Numbered from the stretch's first letter, positions 1 through 10,700 are shown. The stretch: DNA of 64,000 bases from Wickerhamiella versatilis (GCA_030867685.1 JAQOWU010000008.1:3968001-4032000); one strand, 5' to 3'. The notes: generated by a model not told the origin, from the letters alone. Program-made: numbers and translations.

Positions 1-1
1 A

Positions 2-796
2 GAGGTTGAAGCGCAGGAGGAAGCACAAAAGATTGTAGATAATGAACGTCAAATCTTATTGCAAAAATGGGAAAATAGCAGCAAAGAACCTCTTACCGCT
101 TTTGAATGGCTTGCAGACCAGATGGCGCTGCTCCAGGGTGAATTTCTTCAGCTGAGAGCTGAAATTTCCGTTCTTACTGAGCAACGTAATGAATTGGAAA
201 ATTTGCGGGCAGATATAAAGCGCAAATATGCATATGAACTCGCCAGAAGAATAAGATTGGAGCATGCTGTACTGATGTTGGGGCGACGTCTCCTAGCCGC
301 TGACGCTGAGATAAAGGACAAGAACGAGAAACCCACCAACACAGAATCTCCTAAACTAGAAGCTGAAACTCCTGCGGATCGAGAATTTAGTACAGAGGCA
401 CATCTCGACAACCTGGAAAAGATTCTTAATCTGCCTAATTCTAATGCATCACCCCAAGACCGTTTATCCGCTCTAATCCCATTGCTTGGTCCTAGAGTTG
501 AATCCACCGTAACCGAAGTGCTCGAAGCGTCTCGAAAACAGTCAGATGAACGTGAAAAACAGCTACTGTCAGCGCTGGAAGAAGCTCAAGTAAGTGGTCA
601 GATATATTTAGCACGAGCTGATAGGCTCACCTTACAGTGTGAAGCTCAGAGAAAGGAAATAGCAGCATTAGTGGAACGCTCTGCAGACCTAGCGATCACA
701 GAAAAGGAATTGAGATCGGAAAATCAAGCGGTTAAGGGAGAACTACAAGATTTGAGAAATGTTTTGCTTAGCTTGTCATCATCAGATAAGTCTTAA
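2..796 (+). CDS. Coiled-coil protein of unknown function, 5' end outside window (partial)
   Basis: The frame is open from base 2 (EVEAQEEAQKIVDNERQILLQKW...) to TAA at 794-796. Composition is E/Q/L/A/R-rich and heptad-like. No family motif recognised. Confidence 0.75.
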   Translation, partial: EVEAQEEAQKIVDNERQILLQKWENSSKEPLTAFEWLADQMALLQGEFLQLRAEISVLTEQRNELENLRADIKRKYAYELARRIRLEHAVLMLGRRLLAADAEIKDKNEKPTNTESPKLEAETPADREFSTEAHLDNLEKILNLPNSNASPQDRLSALIPLLGPRVESTVTEVLEASRKQSDEREKQLLSALEEAQVSGQIYLARADRLTLQCEAQRKEIAALVERSADLAITEKELRSENQAVKGELQDLRNVLLSLSSSDKS

Positions 797-813
797 TGTT
801 TAAATTAATTATG

Positions 814-3075
814 TTAGAGCTTTTGGCCACAGCCTGCTGGGCACTCTTCCATTTTTGAATCATCGACCCACTCCCTCCAACATGTGCGATGGAGACGATG
901 TCCACATTGCAACACAGTTACAGCCAGGCCACGAATCCCCCGATTGCAAAGTGCGCATCCATCGAGAACGTGACGACAATGAGAACAATACCAGAAGTAA
1001 TACTTAGTGTCATTTTTTGTGAGAAATGCTGCGTTGTCACTCAGGGATTCGCCACAGCGATTGCATACTGTATCTGGCGAGATCTCTGCAGTATCTGCCT
1101 CATACACCGGCTCTGCCCAGCCATAAGTGGCTCTTCTTAAGTTTGCCACGGGTACCCAACTGTGTTCTCGTCTCAACAATTCAGCCGTGCCTTGAATTAG
1201 ATCCTGGGAATTCATATCCTTTACCTCTGGGAAATCTCGAAAAATGGAAAGCAGAGCTGTTGCGGTTTGGGGGAGACCGGTGTGTATTGCATGTTCGAGT
1301 GAATTTCTATGCATGGGTAAAAAATTCCATGGTTCCTGTCTTTGGCGACAGAAATCCCAATATTGTGCTTCTATTTCCTCTGGACAGGCTTCATTCCTGG
1401 TCAACCACTTTTGGGCAAATGGAAGTTCCTCCTCACTCAATGTTGCCAAGAAGGAATTCTGCATCTCATCCAGGGTTACTGATAAAGCGAGCCATACCTG
1501 TGCCACCCTAAAACGTCTCACATCAGACGCAACCTGAGCGTTGTGGCGGCAGGCGTCAGCATAACTACCGTTCCTGCGATCCCAAATATAGTTCTCTGAG
1601 CAATATCGGTAGCTCTTGAGGTCATCCATAACCATCGGTATTTCCAGCATTGCAGATCTCAGCATTGGCATCTGCTGAGGCGTATCTTGTAACCCTGCTG
1701 TGCTAGCTCGATGGTGGTGACTTCCAGTTTGTTTCCCTCCTAAGCTCCACATGTGCTGAAGTTGCTCTATAGGAGGGGTTTCTTGCGGTGTAGCATAGTG
1801 AGAGCCTACAGAAGGCTCAGGAGTATCGCTAGGGGTTGAGGACGTAGAAAACATGCGTGGAGTTGGATGTGGATGAACGGAGGACGATCGGTGTGGCGCA
1901 GAAGATATTTGATGGGCGCCAACACCAGGAAATCCTACAGCCACAAGGTCCCAAGGGGTCCATTTCACCAGAGATGGTGCGAAGGACGAAAGTACCGAGG
2001 GTTCATAGCGGAGATCAGTCTGTACAAATTTACCGGAGCGTGAGACACTCCAGATGACATTATTCAACGAGGAGAAATCTGTTACTTGGTCACTGTGGAC
2101 ATCCAAGTATTTCTCAGGTACATAAGATCTTTTTAGCGACCATATGTTAACGCTAGCGCTCCCACGGCCCGAAGTGGCGATTTTAGACGACGGCACTTGA
2201 GTTCCACCGTCCACCCACCGAACTTTCGCAACTGGACTTGGGGTATTTACTGTAAAATTTGGAGTACGCACATCTGGTTGGCCCATGTTCCAAACATGGA
2301 CAAACCTGTCACGGCCACCCGTGGCGAGATAGTTCTGATGTGGGTGCCAGTTAAGCGTAAGACCTTGCTGGTGGGCGTTCAATCTCACTTCACATGACTG
2401 ACGTTGACGCATATCCCACTGCTGCACAATTCCACTATCATATATTGCCGCAAACTTGAAATCACTGTCTGGCCGATATTGAACTTCACGCACAATATCA
2501 CCATTACGGGAAAAATTCATGACAGCATTAGTGCGATTGCTTCTCAGGTCCCATAAGCGAATACTACCATCTGTAAGTCCGCCAATTATATGATGGTTTC
2601 CGGGTACTGAAGGGAAGCTCAATGTATTAATAGATCTCGCAAGGTTCGGCCTAAAGAACTTTTCCCGTTTCAGTCCATCACTAGGATCTAATATGTAGGT
2701 CTGCAACTCTCCACCTGAATTTGCAAGAGCAAGAACATTGTTCAATTGGTGAGATCCCCACTGTATTGCGGTGGGCAGGTACTTGTTGCTCACTCTTTGG
2801 GATTCCAATTCCTCAACCTGTGAATCATTCACTGAGAAAAGCTGCAACTTTTCTTTGGTGACTATTCCTGCAATTTTCGAATCTTGGTTGGCAGCAAGGC
2901 CATAAATAGGACTGCCTATGGCCGCCTCTGTACTCAGATTTTTATCGCATTCGGAGAGCCCAGTTCGACGTGAAAGACGTGGGCTACTACCGGGATATAG
3001 CGCTTTTCCTAGGCGAGAGAGTGACACTTGACTAGCCTCGAACGACAGTAGCCGACGAGGAGCCGGCGGATCCAT
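814..3075 (-). CDS. RTC1: SEA/GATOR2 complex subunit Rtc1/Sea2 (WDR24-like): WD40 repeats plus C-terminal RING-like zinc finger
   Basis: WD40 motifs (IRLWDLR, QQWDMR, LNWHPHQNYLATGGRDRFVHVWN), ACRHNAQVA...AQVW, and a C-terminal CxxC...CALC...CGHRLHRTC...ECPAGCG. Start set at ATG 3075 (MDPPAPRR); the ORF track extends to a GTG. Confidence 0.85.
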   Translation of the reverse strand: MDPPAPRRLLSFEASQVSLSRLGKALYPGSSPRLSRRTGLSECDKNLSTEAAIGSPIYGLAANQDSKIAGIVTKEKLQLFSVNDSQVEELESQRVSNKYLPTAIQWGSHQLNNVLALANSGGELQTYILDPSDGLKREKFFRPNLARSINTLSFPSVPGNHHIIGGLTDGSIRLWDLRSNRTNAVMNFSRNGDIVREVQYRPDSDFKFAAIYDSGIVQQWDMRQRQSCEVRLNAHQQGLTLNWHPHQNYLATGGRDRFVHVWNMGQPDVRTPNFTVNTPSPVAKVRWVDGGTQVPSSKIATSGRGSASVNIWSLKRSYVPEKYLDVHSDQVTDFSSLNNVIWSVSRSGKFVQTDLRYEPSVLSSFAPSLVKWTPWDLVAVGFPGVGAHQISSAPHRSSSVHPHPTPRMFSTSSTPSDTPEPSVGSHYATPQETPPIEQLQHMWSLGGKQTGSHHHRASTAGLQDTPQQMPMLRSAMLEIPMVMDDLKSYRYCSENYIWDRRNGSYADACRHNAQVASDVRRFRVAQVWLALSVTLDEMQNSFLATLSEEELPFAQKWLTRNEACPEEIEAQYWDFCRQRQEPWNFLPMHRNSLEHAIHTGLPQTATALLSIFRDFPEVKDMNSQDLIQGTAELLRREHSWVPVANLRRATYGWAEPVYEADTAEISPDTVCNRCGESLSDNAAFLTKNDTKYYFWYCSHCRHVLDGCALCNRGIRGLAVTVLQCGHRLHRTCWREWVDDSKMEECPAGCGQKL

Positions 3076-3225
3076 CTCTGGTCTGCCCAGACGTAACCTA
3101 ACCCGTGCGTGGAGAGGTGGACAGCCTAAGAAAATATGTAACTTATAACTAGCACAATTAATAGAGAAGTAGAGTGGGCAAAGCGACCCGCACCTTGTAC
3201 ATACCACAGTCTCTGCTTTTATATA

Positions 3226-3810
3226 TCATAGAGGTTCTGCTGAGCCATTCTCGATTGCCTCTGAGATTGCGTCGTAACGAAGGAAGTAGGTACCACCAGG
3301 CTCAAGCTCAACTATATCCCCTCCTACTTCAAGTGCCTGTCCAATGTCGCGAACAATGTGTACAGCTACAGGTCTAGAGAAATCTGGGGGGAGAATCACA
3401 TCTTCGTCGTCCATGTCTTGATCATCCGCAGGCAGTGCATCCAGAAACGATGCACTAAAAAGCTCACGGAGTAATCTGTAGTGCTTTTGGGCATATCTTT
3501 TTTCGGCAGGTGTTAAATTTAAGGGATTCTCCAAGTAATAGGCCAGGTGCTGGTCAATCTTCGATATCCGTGCCCGTGCATAACTACGCAGAACAAATTT
3601 TGCACGCTCAAGATCGGTTTCGACAACAACAGCCTCGAACGGAATCTCATTACCCGCAGTTTGCTCCTCCACATATGTCTGTAGGTCTCTGACCTGTGAA
3701 GACACCACATCAACCAGTTCCTGTTGAAGCGGTAATAATTTTGGAACGGCTCTCTCCTTCACCCACCAGCGCTCAAGTTGATGAACGGCAAGGTCCGACC
3801 CGCCATTCAT
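3226..3810 (-). CDS. SLD5: GINS complex subunit Sld5
   Basis: WVKERAVPKLLP, ETDLERAKFVLRSYARARISKID and YFLRYDAI are Sld5-type motifs. Likely start is ATG 3810 (MNGGSDL). Confidence 0.9.
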   Translation of the reverse strand: MNGGSDLAVHQLERWWVKERAVPKLLPLQQELVDVVSSQVRDLQTYVEEQTAGNEIPFEAVVVETDLERAKFVLRSYARARISKIDQHLAYYLENPLNLTPAEKRYAQKHYRLLRELFSASFLDALPADDQDMDDEDVILPPDFSRPVAVHIVRDIGQALEVGGDIVELEPGGTYFLRYDAISEAIENGSAEPL

Positions 3811-3898
3811 GCTCCCAAATGTTACTTCACCGCTGTCTGGCCCAGAGTCGGTCAGATCAGTTTGCGAAGTAAGCAGAAGCTGGTTGAGCGACGAAGGC

Positions 3899-5275
3899 AT
3901 GGATCTCCAGTCGGAGATTGAAGCGCGTCGTGCCCGTCTTGCTGAACTAAAAAGAAAACGCAATTTGGCTCCTAAGTATGAGACTGTCATCACGGAGCTA
4001 TATTCAAACACACCCGCGCCAGCAATTTCTAGGGCTACCCAAAGCGTAACTTCGCAAGTTGACAAGCCTCGTGATTCCGGAAACTCTATCAAAGCAGATG
4101 GTCCCACGGTAAATGAGACAGCAGAGGATGATAAGTGGATTGTACGGCCCCCCTCGCCCAGTCAAGTTCTATACAAGTTTCTTGACGACGCTTGGCACAC
4201 GGTTGAGCGCGTATCTAAGAACCAGGGATCGGCAAATTTCACACAATTGCCTTTCTCTTCCTTAGAAAATGAAGAAACCAGTGATCTCAAACTATTCTGC
4301 GAGATTCGTGATTCAGCTCTTGATTGTGACTGGTCTCCACATTTCCCGCAGCTTGTAGCATCTGTATCGGGCTCCGAGATCACATTGTGGAGTTTGGAAG
4401 GTTTAGATTCCCCAGAATATAGACTTCAAGCCGCTACCTCAACATTACGTGCGGTCCGTTTTGTTCCAGGACAGCCACATTTAATCGTAGCATGTGGCGC
4501 CGCCGGACAGTTATTTGCATGGGACCTCCGAGATGGGAGGTACGATGTTTTGCCTGCGATAAAATCTACGAAACTGGGCTATCCAATTGTAGATCTATCT
4601 ATTGCTACAGCCGGCCGCATTGTAACTGTGTCAGATGATGGATTGGTCTGTACTTGGATGGCAGATAGACTTGTTCGACCCTCGCAAGAATTACGAATAT
4701 CCAGTACCATTGTTCCGCAGTGTGTTGCTGTAAACTCACAAGGATCAGTTGCGTATGTTGGAGGACTTGATGGCTCACTTACTACTTTAAGACTCACTCC
4801 GAGTCTAGGGGCGGAGCCAGGTGTTATTTCAACTGTTTTTCCCGCACATGATGGCCCTCTGACATCATTAGTTTTGCGCTCACCACCCGCTGGATCGGGG
4901 TGTGCCTCGTATTTAATGACCTGTGGTCTCGATTGGACACTCAGGTTATGGAGGATTAACGCTGGAGACAAGGGACCTCAGGTTGTCGAAAAAATCCAAC
5001 TCAACGATGCATTCCCATCAGCCGTCGCTTGGCGTCCTAATCACCCTTCGCAATTTGCCGTCGTGAGTGACCGGTGGTTGCAAGTGTGGGATCTACTACA
5101 GGATACAAGGACGCCTCTATATGCGGACTCCCACCCTGCAACGAAAGTGAAGTGGAATGTAAATATCGCTGCAACATCATTGGATGGACTGCGCGTGCTT
5201 GAGGTGCCTAAAGCAGATGCATCACTTGCAGACTGGCAAGCATTTGATAGAAAATTTAAGGTGTCATTAACTTAA
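3899..5275 (+). CDS. PAC11: Cytoplasmic dynein intermediate chain (WD40), Pac11-like
   Basis: N-terminal charged helix MDLQSEIEARRARLAELKRKR, then DCDWSPHFPQLV, SDDGLVCTW, CGLDWTLRLW and VAWRPNHPSQFA, typical of dynein intermediate chains. Start at ATG 3899. Confidence 0.8.
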   Translation: MDLQSEIEARRARLAELKRKRNLAPKYETVITELYSNTPAPAISRATQSVTSQVDKPRDSGNSIKADGPTVNETAEDDKWIVRPPSPSQVLYKFLDDAWHTVERVSKNQGSANFTQLPFSSLENEETSDLKLFCEIRDSALDCDWSPHFPQLVASVSGSEITLWSLEGLDSPEYRLQAATSTLRAVRFVPGQPHLIVACGAAGQLFAWDLRDGRYDVLPAIKSTKLGYPIVDLSIATAGRIVTVSDDGLVCTWMADRLVRPSQELRISSTIVPQCVAVNSQGSVAYVGGLDGSLTTLRLTPSLGAEPGVISTVFPAHDGPLTSLVLRSPPAGSGCASYLMTCGLDWTLRLWRINAGDKGPQVVEKIQLNDAFPSAVAWRPNHPSQFAVVSDRWLQVWDLLQDTRTPLYADSHPATKVKWNVNIAATSLDGLRVLEVPKADASLADWQAFDRKFKVSLT

Positions 5276-5279
5276 TATA

Positions 5280-6575
5280 TCATACTCTTATAGTGATATC
5301 TCCGTAGGAATGGCTTTGTTGTGGATTGACTCGTCCACGGGCAGCTAATACAAGCAATTCACTAAATGCGTCAGCGCGCTCTCTGCGACCATGTGCTAGA
5401 TCACCCAGTTTCACAGGTTTACCATCAGCAGCAACCAGTGCCTCCTCTATGAGGCCTCTCGCTAATGCCGTGTCACCTGAAACTTTCGTTGGTGCATCTA
5501 TAGACATCTGAGAGTCCTGTGTGCTCGGCCTCTCAGAGCCTTCTGACAGTGGTTCTGGCTCTGGGCTGCCTGCGGCCACAGGGCTCCCCGTTATGTCCAA
5601 ATCGTCGACACCAGGGCTGGTTTGGGTTTGATCAATCTCCTCCTCCGCGTCGAGTGAAAACCCCATGGCGGCAAGTCGACGTTTCTTAACCAGAGTGCGC
5701 ACGTTCTCTGGATCGAGAAGGTTTTCAATTTCATCAGAGAGCCGTACACAATTCCTCTGCTCATCATCAGCTGTATGGGACACACTATTCTTTGCGAGAT
5801 CCTGTTGCAGAGTTACGGCTGGCGCCTCTGAAGGAATTACTATGGAAATCTCATCATCAACGGGAGCCATTCGCTGACGCCTTTTTTGCCGCTTCCTAGG
5901 CGGAGATTTCTGTCGAGAAACCGGAGAGCTTCCAGCAATAGCAATTGATTCATTATCCCCATAGTCTTCCGGTGTTACCGCACCCCCATCGTCTGGTGGA
6001 GGTGAGCTTGAAGCTACGCCAACATCTAGATCTGGCCCAAAAGAGAGATCTCCCAGAGCATTTCTCACTTCATTTTGACCTTCTTCGGCATTAAGCAGAT
6101 CCTCGCTAGGCGCAGCAGCAGCCTCCATACTCAAATCAGGACCTAAATCATCCCGCACCTGCGCATCGACAGATTGATCATAATCGAAAGTAGCATCTCC
6201 ACGTACCTCATGTTCATGTACACCTACAGCAGACATTAAACTCTCAGTACCTAATTCTGTTGGCACATAACCGCGACCGACTCCATCAAGACCTTGCGAC
6301 TCTTCCTCATCAGAAAACGTAGCAGTGGAACGATAGCCAAACGCATCTATAACATTTTTGTCCGTCATGGAGGAATCACTTAGCAGATGGGCTGCTTTAT
6401 CGTTTAGCAGATGCGAAAGACCATAGACCAACTGACCCTCTATACGTAGAGGAACATCTTGAGCATTCAAAACTGATTGGGCCAATTCCTCAAAATCAAG
6501 TGAGTCAATTTGGTCTGGATTTAGCGTTTTTGACAACGTCGCTGCCTGAAAGATGCGCGACAAATCTTCCTCCAT
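5280..6575 (-). CDS. MCD1: Cohesin kleisin subunit, Rad21/Mcd1/Rec8 family (probably mitotic Mcd1/Scc1)
   Basis: N-terminal PLRIEGQLVYGLSHLLNDKAAHLLSD resembles the Rad21 N-domain. C-terminal ADAFSELLVLAARGRVNPQQSHSYGDITI is a winged-helix motif. The middle is acidic. An ACGCGT next to the ATG favours the mitotic paralog. Confidence 0.72.
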   Translation of the reverse strand: MEEDLSRIFQAATLSKTLNPDQIDSLDFEELAQSVLNAQDVPLRIEGQLVYGLSHLLNDKAAHLLSDSSMTDKNVIDAFGYRSTATFSDEEESQGLDGVGRGYVPTELGTESLMSAVGVHEHEVRGDATFDYDQSVDAQVRDDLGPDLSMEAAAAPSEDLLNAEEGQNEVRNALGDLSFGPDLDVGVASSSPPPDDGGAVTPEDYGDNESIAIAGSSPVSRQKSPPRKRQKRRQRMAPVDDEISIVIPSEAPAVTLQQDLAKNSVSHTADDEQRNCVRLSDEIENLLDPENVRTLVKKRRLAAMGFSLDAEEEIDQTQTSPGVDDLDITGSPVAAGSPEPEPLSEGSERPSTQDSQMSIDAPTKVSGDTALARGLIEEALVAADGKPVKLGDLAHGRRERADAFSELLVLAARGRVNPQQSHSYGDITIRV

Positions 6576-6735
6576 ATGGCGACGCGTCTGTATAACTGAC
6601 AAATCTGCCAGGAAATGTTGCGTAATCAATAAAAGAAGTCACATGCCAACCACATGGTTTAGAGGACCTAACCCCGATGAAATAACAGTGTTTAAGATAA
6701 TCAGGGAACCATTGAAGGTTTGCTAACAACCTTGT

Positions 6736-7851
6736 ATGCCAAGACGAATAATTTCGGGGGATGCGAATGCACGTACACTATCCAAGCCATTGACCCTACG
6801 AGAAAAAGCAGATGTTCTTGTGTTTCTTTTTTCGTTGCCTCCGTACGTTACCTATTGGTCAATAAAGCATTTTCTGCATACACACGGTGACAAGACTAGT
6901 AGCCTATATGATTCTTTGTTTTCGCGGTTGCTAAGACTGTCTACTATTTCGTTGAGCGTTTCTCAATTACGTGCATTAAGACCAGCGGTTTCTCTGAAAA
7001 AAGTAATGAATTCCCAAATGACTCGAGCAATTGTCAAGGCTGATACATTCACTAATTACAACGGCATATTCGACGTAGAGGGATCCTGTGCTCGCTGGTT
7101 ACATGAAATTCCTAATCGAACAAGAGCGGATCCTGTCATTTTATACCTACACGGTGGGGCTTTTTTCTTCACGGTGGAGCCCAGTCAACTTGCTTGGTTG
7201 GGTCATGCCCTCCGCTACTTAGACAAAAGGGTAAGTGCGCTTGTTGTAGACTATACCGTCACGCCCTTCGCTAGGTTCCCAACCCAGCTGGAAGAATCAA
7301 TGGCTGTGTATGAGGAGTTGAAAAAAACCTGCGACTCCATTATACTGCTTGGAGACTCAGCTGGTGGTAACCTAATGTGCTCACTCTTGCTGGAATTACA
7401 TTACGAACGTATGCAAAGGGCCCCGTATGCAGCTATGTTCATATCTCCTTGGGTCTCTCTAGATGCGAGCCCTGATGGCTCCTTTAAGGACAATCAAAAA
7501 TTCGATTTCATCGATGTTGCTTCTATAGATGGGTTCTCTCGCATGTATGCACCAATGGTGGACAGGTTCACCAGTCCTCAGATCAGTCCAATATTAGGAT
7601 CATCAAGCATATGGGCTGACTGTTTGCCCCCATTGAGCTGCTGCATATATGGGTCGAAAGAGGTCCTATCCGATCATATCAAGGAATGGATGGTAAACGC
7701 TGGTATCTCGGATTCATTCGTGGACAAAGGCGTACATGATATCATGGTGTATGATATTGGACTATTTGGGTCTAAACCTAAAGCGCCAGGCACTCGATAT
7801 GCTTTCGAGAAGCTTGACTCTTGGACAAAGCCTCTAAAAACAAGATTATAA
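6736..7851 (+). CDS. Alpha/beta hydrolase, hormone-sensitive-lipase-like (Say1/steryl acetyl hydrolase-like esterase)
   Basis: ILYLHGGAF oxyanion motif, VDY, GDSAGGNL nucleophile motif, ISPW, and an N-terminal hydrophobic segment. Confidence 0.8.
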   Translation: MPRRIISGDANARTLSKPLTLREKADVLVFLFSLPPYVTYWSIKHFLHTHGDKTSSLYDSLFSRLLRLSTISLSVSQLRALRPAVSLKKVMNSQMTRAIVKADTFTNYNGIFDVEGSCARWLHEIPNRTRADPVILYLHGGAFFFTVEPSQLAWLGHALRYLDKRVSALVVDYTVTPFARFPTQLEESMAVYEELKKTCDSIILLGDSAGGNLMCSLLLELHYERMQRAPYAAMFISPWVSLDASPDGSFKDNQKFDFIDVASIDGFSRMYAPMVDRFTSPQISPILGSSSIWADCLPPLSCCIYGSKEVLSDHIKEWMVNAGISDSFVDKGVHDIMVYDIGLFGSKPKAPGTRYAFEKLDSWTKPLKTRL

Positions 7852-7885
7852 TGCTATCCTCTATGTATCTAGGCATTAGAATATC

Positions 7886-10660
7886 TCATTGTCGTTTCGT
7901 CGCATTAAGGTCATATATTTCCATATTAAGACTGTAAATTTCACCAACAAGAGTCTTTATAATAATAATTATTGCATCCAAGCGTTCATAAATACAAAAG
8001 ACAATTTCCTGAGCCGCCTGGGCTAAGCGCACATCATATCCTTTTAGCTTGCATTCACTCTTTCGCTCTGAATACGTGCGTGATAAAAATCCTGGAGTAA
8101 CAGAAGGTAATGCAATTCCTGAACAAAGGGCTTGACTTGACATATATATAAGAGAAAAAGAAGCGCTTGTCAACGCAGGATCCGTCCACCCTAAGTAGTC
8201 GAGAAACTCAGGTATGTCCGAATGCGGATCTTTAATCCCATCAAATGCAAGGTCAAGGAGAGTAAAAAGATGCACAAGTTCGCGAGTATATGAAATCAAT
8301 AACTTGAAGCGTCTTTTTGGGTAATTTCCCGTCAAAGGTGGTTCGTAGCGCATACGAACCCGGAGGTCTTCCGCGCTGTTGAGATACGATACTATAGTGC
8401 GAACTTTATGCACCATGAGGTCCCTGGCAGGAAAAATGTGGAGTGCTGGAAATTTCCACCTTTGAATAGCAAAATTGCTTATGCCAGCCTGTAGTTCGCC
8501 TATGTGCTCAAGACTATTTGCAACGAGCACTCTTATAATCCCTTTACCTGTAATTACCCGAGGGAAAATAGTACCAAGGAAACTAATAAATAAGCCGATG
8601 CAAACAGTAACGAATCGAATCCATGCAACCCTGAAACCAGATCCGAGGTTCAATCCAGCAAGTGAATTGTGATTAGAAGCCCAGCTATCTCCAGTAACTA
8701 ACACAGCCGTACAACTGAATACCACGGAGGCACTGGGCATATTGTGACTGTTATAATGCCTTTGATACACGATGTAAGCGTATACGAACGCTAGGACTGT
8801 CGCATATCCAAAAGGATTACTCCGACATATGTACCATGCAACCATACCTGTCAGTGCACCCCAGAATGTGTATGTACACTTGCCGAGAAGTCCGTATACA
8901 CCATCAACTGCGTATCTTGCGACAGTATATGTAGCGAGAACAGCAACCCATAACAACCAATTGCGATAAGCAAATCCCGCAGTAGGGCGTATGAAGTACA
9001 AAACTAGGCACAGGATTGTAAGCCATGCTCGTTTAATGCAGAAAGTCAAATCGGGGTTGGTTAAGATACGCTTTATACGTAGAATTGTCAAACCACAGAG
9101 GTGAAAGATATTCCGCGGCAACGTTGCGTCCGGGTCCCGCCTCTCGATTTCATTCTGGTCTCCATAGAGGTTTAAAGCCTTGGCCGGCAGAGAGTCATCG
9201 TTAAAAACAAATTCCGGGTCAGCTAGATTATAGATGAGGGTAGCATCACTGGACAGTATACGCCCTGAGGACATTAGAGCAATGTTCCAAGAGGGTTGCC
9301 GTCTGTGATGATCTACAGTTAGGCAAAAATGACCTAGCGCATGAACTTGAGCCATAAAGTTACGAGCATTAAACTCAAATACCGAGGCCTCCTTATCCTC
9401 ATGTATGGGTATATCCGAATTATCAAGCTCTTGCAAAGCATTCCGCAACGAAATGTGAAGCTCTTGCTGTCTTCGTACGTGCTTGTCATTTCGAATTATA
9501 GACGACAGCAGACGCCATGAGTTGCACTCTTCGAGCCATGATACAATCACACTTAAGCATTGATGGCCCTTTATCCAACAGATTTTGTAATGTTGCGTAT
9601 ATTCCTGGGACTTCGAAGTCTCCCGCATGTAGGAACGAGACGCTCTTTCGAACCTGCCAGTCGGTTTGTACTTACAATTAAGGCGATCATTAAGCCATTT
9701 GGGGCTATGAATCCCGAAATTCACTTCATCCCCATTCCCTCGATGCTCCTCAAGGTCTAGTGGCTCGCTGATTAGATCCTCCAATGCACAGGCAGATGTA
9801 GCTACGAGCTGAACGAGTGAACGCATTTCTCTGAGCATTTGTGGACTTAATCGCGAATAAGAAAATTCATATCGCATTAAAGTCCCATCCATCTGTGTTT
9901 TGGCAAAGTTTTTTATGGCTCCCTGGCTGGACGACTCTTTCAGCGCCTTAATCAATGACTCCGTAAACTTCTGATTCGACGTGACAGGGAAAATGGCAAA
10001 TGCAAAAAATACACGGGCGGCATAACAGGTAAGAATAGGTAATAGAACTATTCGCCCCCACATCCACGGTTCAAATAATGGGGTGAAGTTATTGAACGTA
10101 CCAACAATGATCATTGTTAGGCTATGCAGGAGCCATCCTAATGAGCAAAGCCGAGATTTCGTCTGCGCCAAACCAGTAAGAGTAAAACTGAAGAACATGC
10201 CAAAAATGGTGACTGCCGTAGTCCTTATGCTCAAGTAGCGCCCATTCTGCATTTGCTCTAATGCACATCCCCAATCATTGTGGTCACAAATACCTAAATT
10301 CTCCAGCTCCGCCATCACAGACTCGCGAGTTGGATAGCCATGAATCCTCCAGTTAATGGCCATAATTACCACCGTGCATAGGAAAGCAAAAGCCACAAGC
10401 GCCCCATTCAGCAACGAAACAAAAAATGCATGAATGTAACTTTGACCACCAGAGATCTCTATTCCAGCCGTGAAATCAGCCAGATATGCTCCAGGTCCCA
10501 TATACTTTTCTGGCCCACCTTTTATGATGGTCAACAATAAAAGGGTCCACATGGTGAGCCAACTACGGAGTACCACTTTTAAAGATTCCTTGTCACAATG
10601 TTCTAGAATCATGTGTGGATAAACGAGCTCCCATATCCAAGTTCGTAGCAACTTTTTCAT
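7886..10660 (-). CDS. Polytopic membrane protein of the fungal ArAE/FUSC-like putative transporter family
   Basis: 924 aa with two blocks of about 6 hydrophobic helices separated by a soluble domain. Motifs RRDPDATLP, FWGALTGMVAWYI, RFVTVCIG and YEPPLTGNYP. Confidence 0.7.
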   Translation of the reverse strand: MKKLLRTWIWELVYPHMILEHCDKESLKVVLRSWLTMWTLLLLTIIKGGPEKYMGPGAYLADFTAGIEISGGQSYIHAFFVSLLNGALVAFAFLCTVVIMAINWRIHGYPTRESVMAELENLGICDHNDWGCALEQMQNGRYLSIRTTAVTIFGMFFSFTLTGLAQTKSRLCSLGWLLHSLTMIIVGTFNNFTPLFEPWMWGRIVLLPILTCYAARVFFAFAIFPVTSNQKFTESLIKALKESSSQGAIKNFAKTQMDGTLMRYEFSYSRLSPQMLREMRSLVQLVATSACALEDLISEPLDLEEHRGNGDEVNFGIHSPKWLNDRLNCKYKPTGRFERASRSYMRETSKSQEYTQHYKICWIKGHQCLSVIVSWLEECNSWRLLSSIIRNDKHVRRQQELHISLRNALQELDNSDIPIHEDKEASVFEFNARNFMAQVHALGHFCLTVDHHRRQPSWNIALMSSGRILSSDATLIYNLADPEFVFNDDSLPAKALNLYGDQNEIERRDPDATLPRNIFHLCGLTILRIKRILTNPDLTFCIKRAWLTILCLVLYFIRPTAGFAYRNWLLWVAVLATYTVARYAVDGVYGLLGKCTYTFWGALTGMVAWYICRSNPFGYATVLAFVYAYIVYQRHYNSHNMPSASVVFSCTAVLVTGDSWASNHNSLAGLNLGSGFRVAWIRFVTVCIGLFISFLGTIFPRVITGKGIIRVLVANSLEHIGELQAGISNFAIQRWKFPALHIFPARDLMVHKVRTIVSYLNSAEDLRVRMRYEPPLTGNYPKRRFKLLISYTRELVHLFTLLDLAFDGIKDPHSDIPEFLDYLGWTDPALTSASFSLIYMSSQALCSGIALPSVTPGFLSRTYSERKSECKLKGYDVRLAQAAQEIVFCIYERLDAIIIIIKTLVGEIYSLNMEIYDLNATKRQ

Positions 10661-10700
10661 TGTAGCGTATCAGTGAGCATCTACCTGCTATGACTAACAT

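Noticed and set aside
3811-4107. Apparent long overlap of the SLD5 and dynein intermediate chain ORFs
   Set aside because: An artefact of extending ORFs to the first possible start. Conserved sequence begins at ATG 3810 (minus) and ATG 3899 (plus), which do not overlap.
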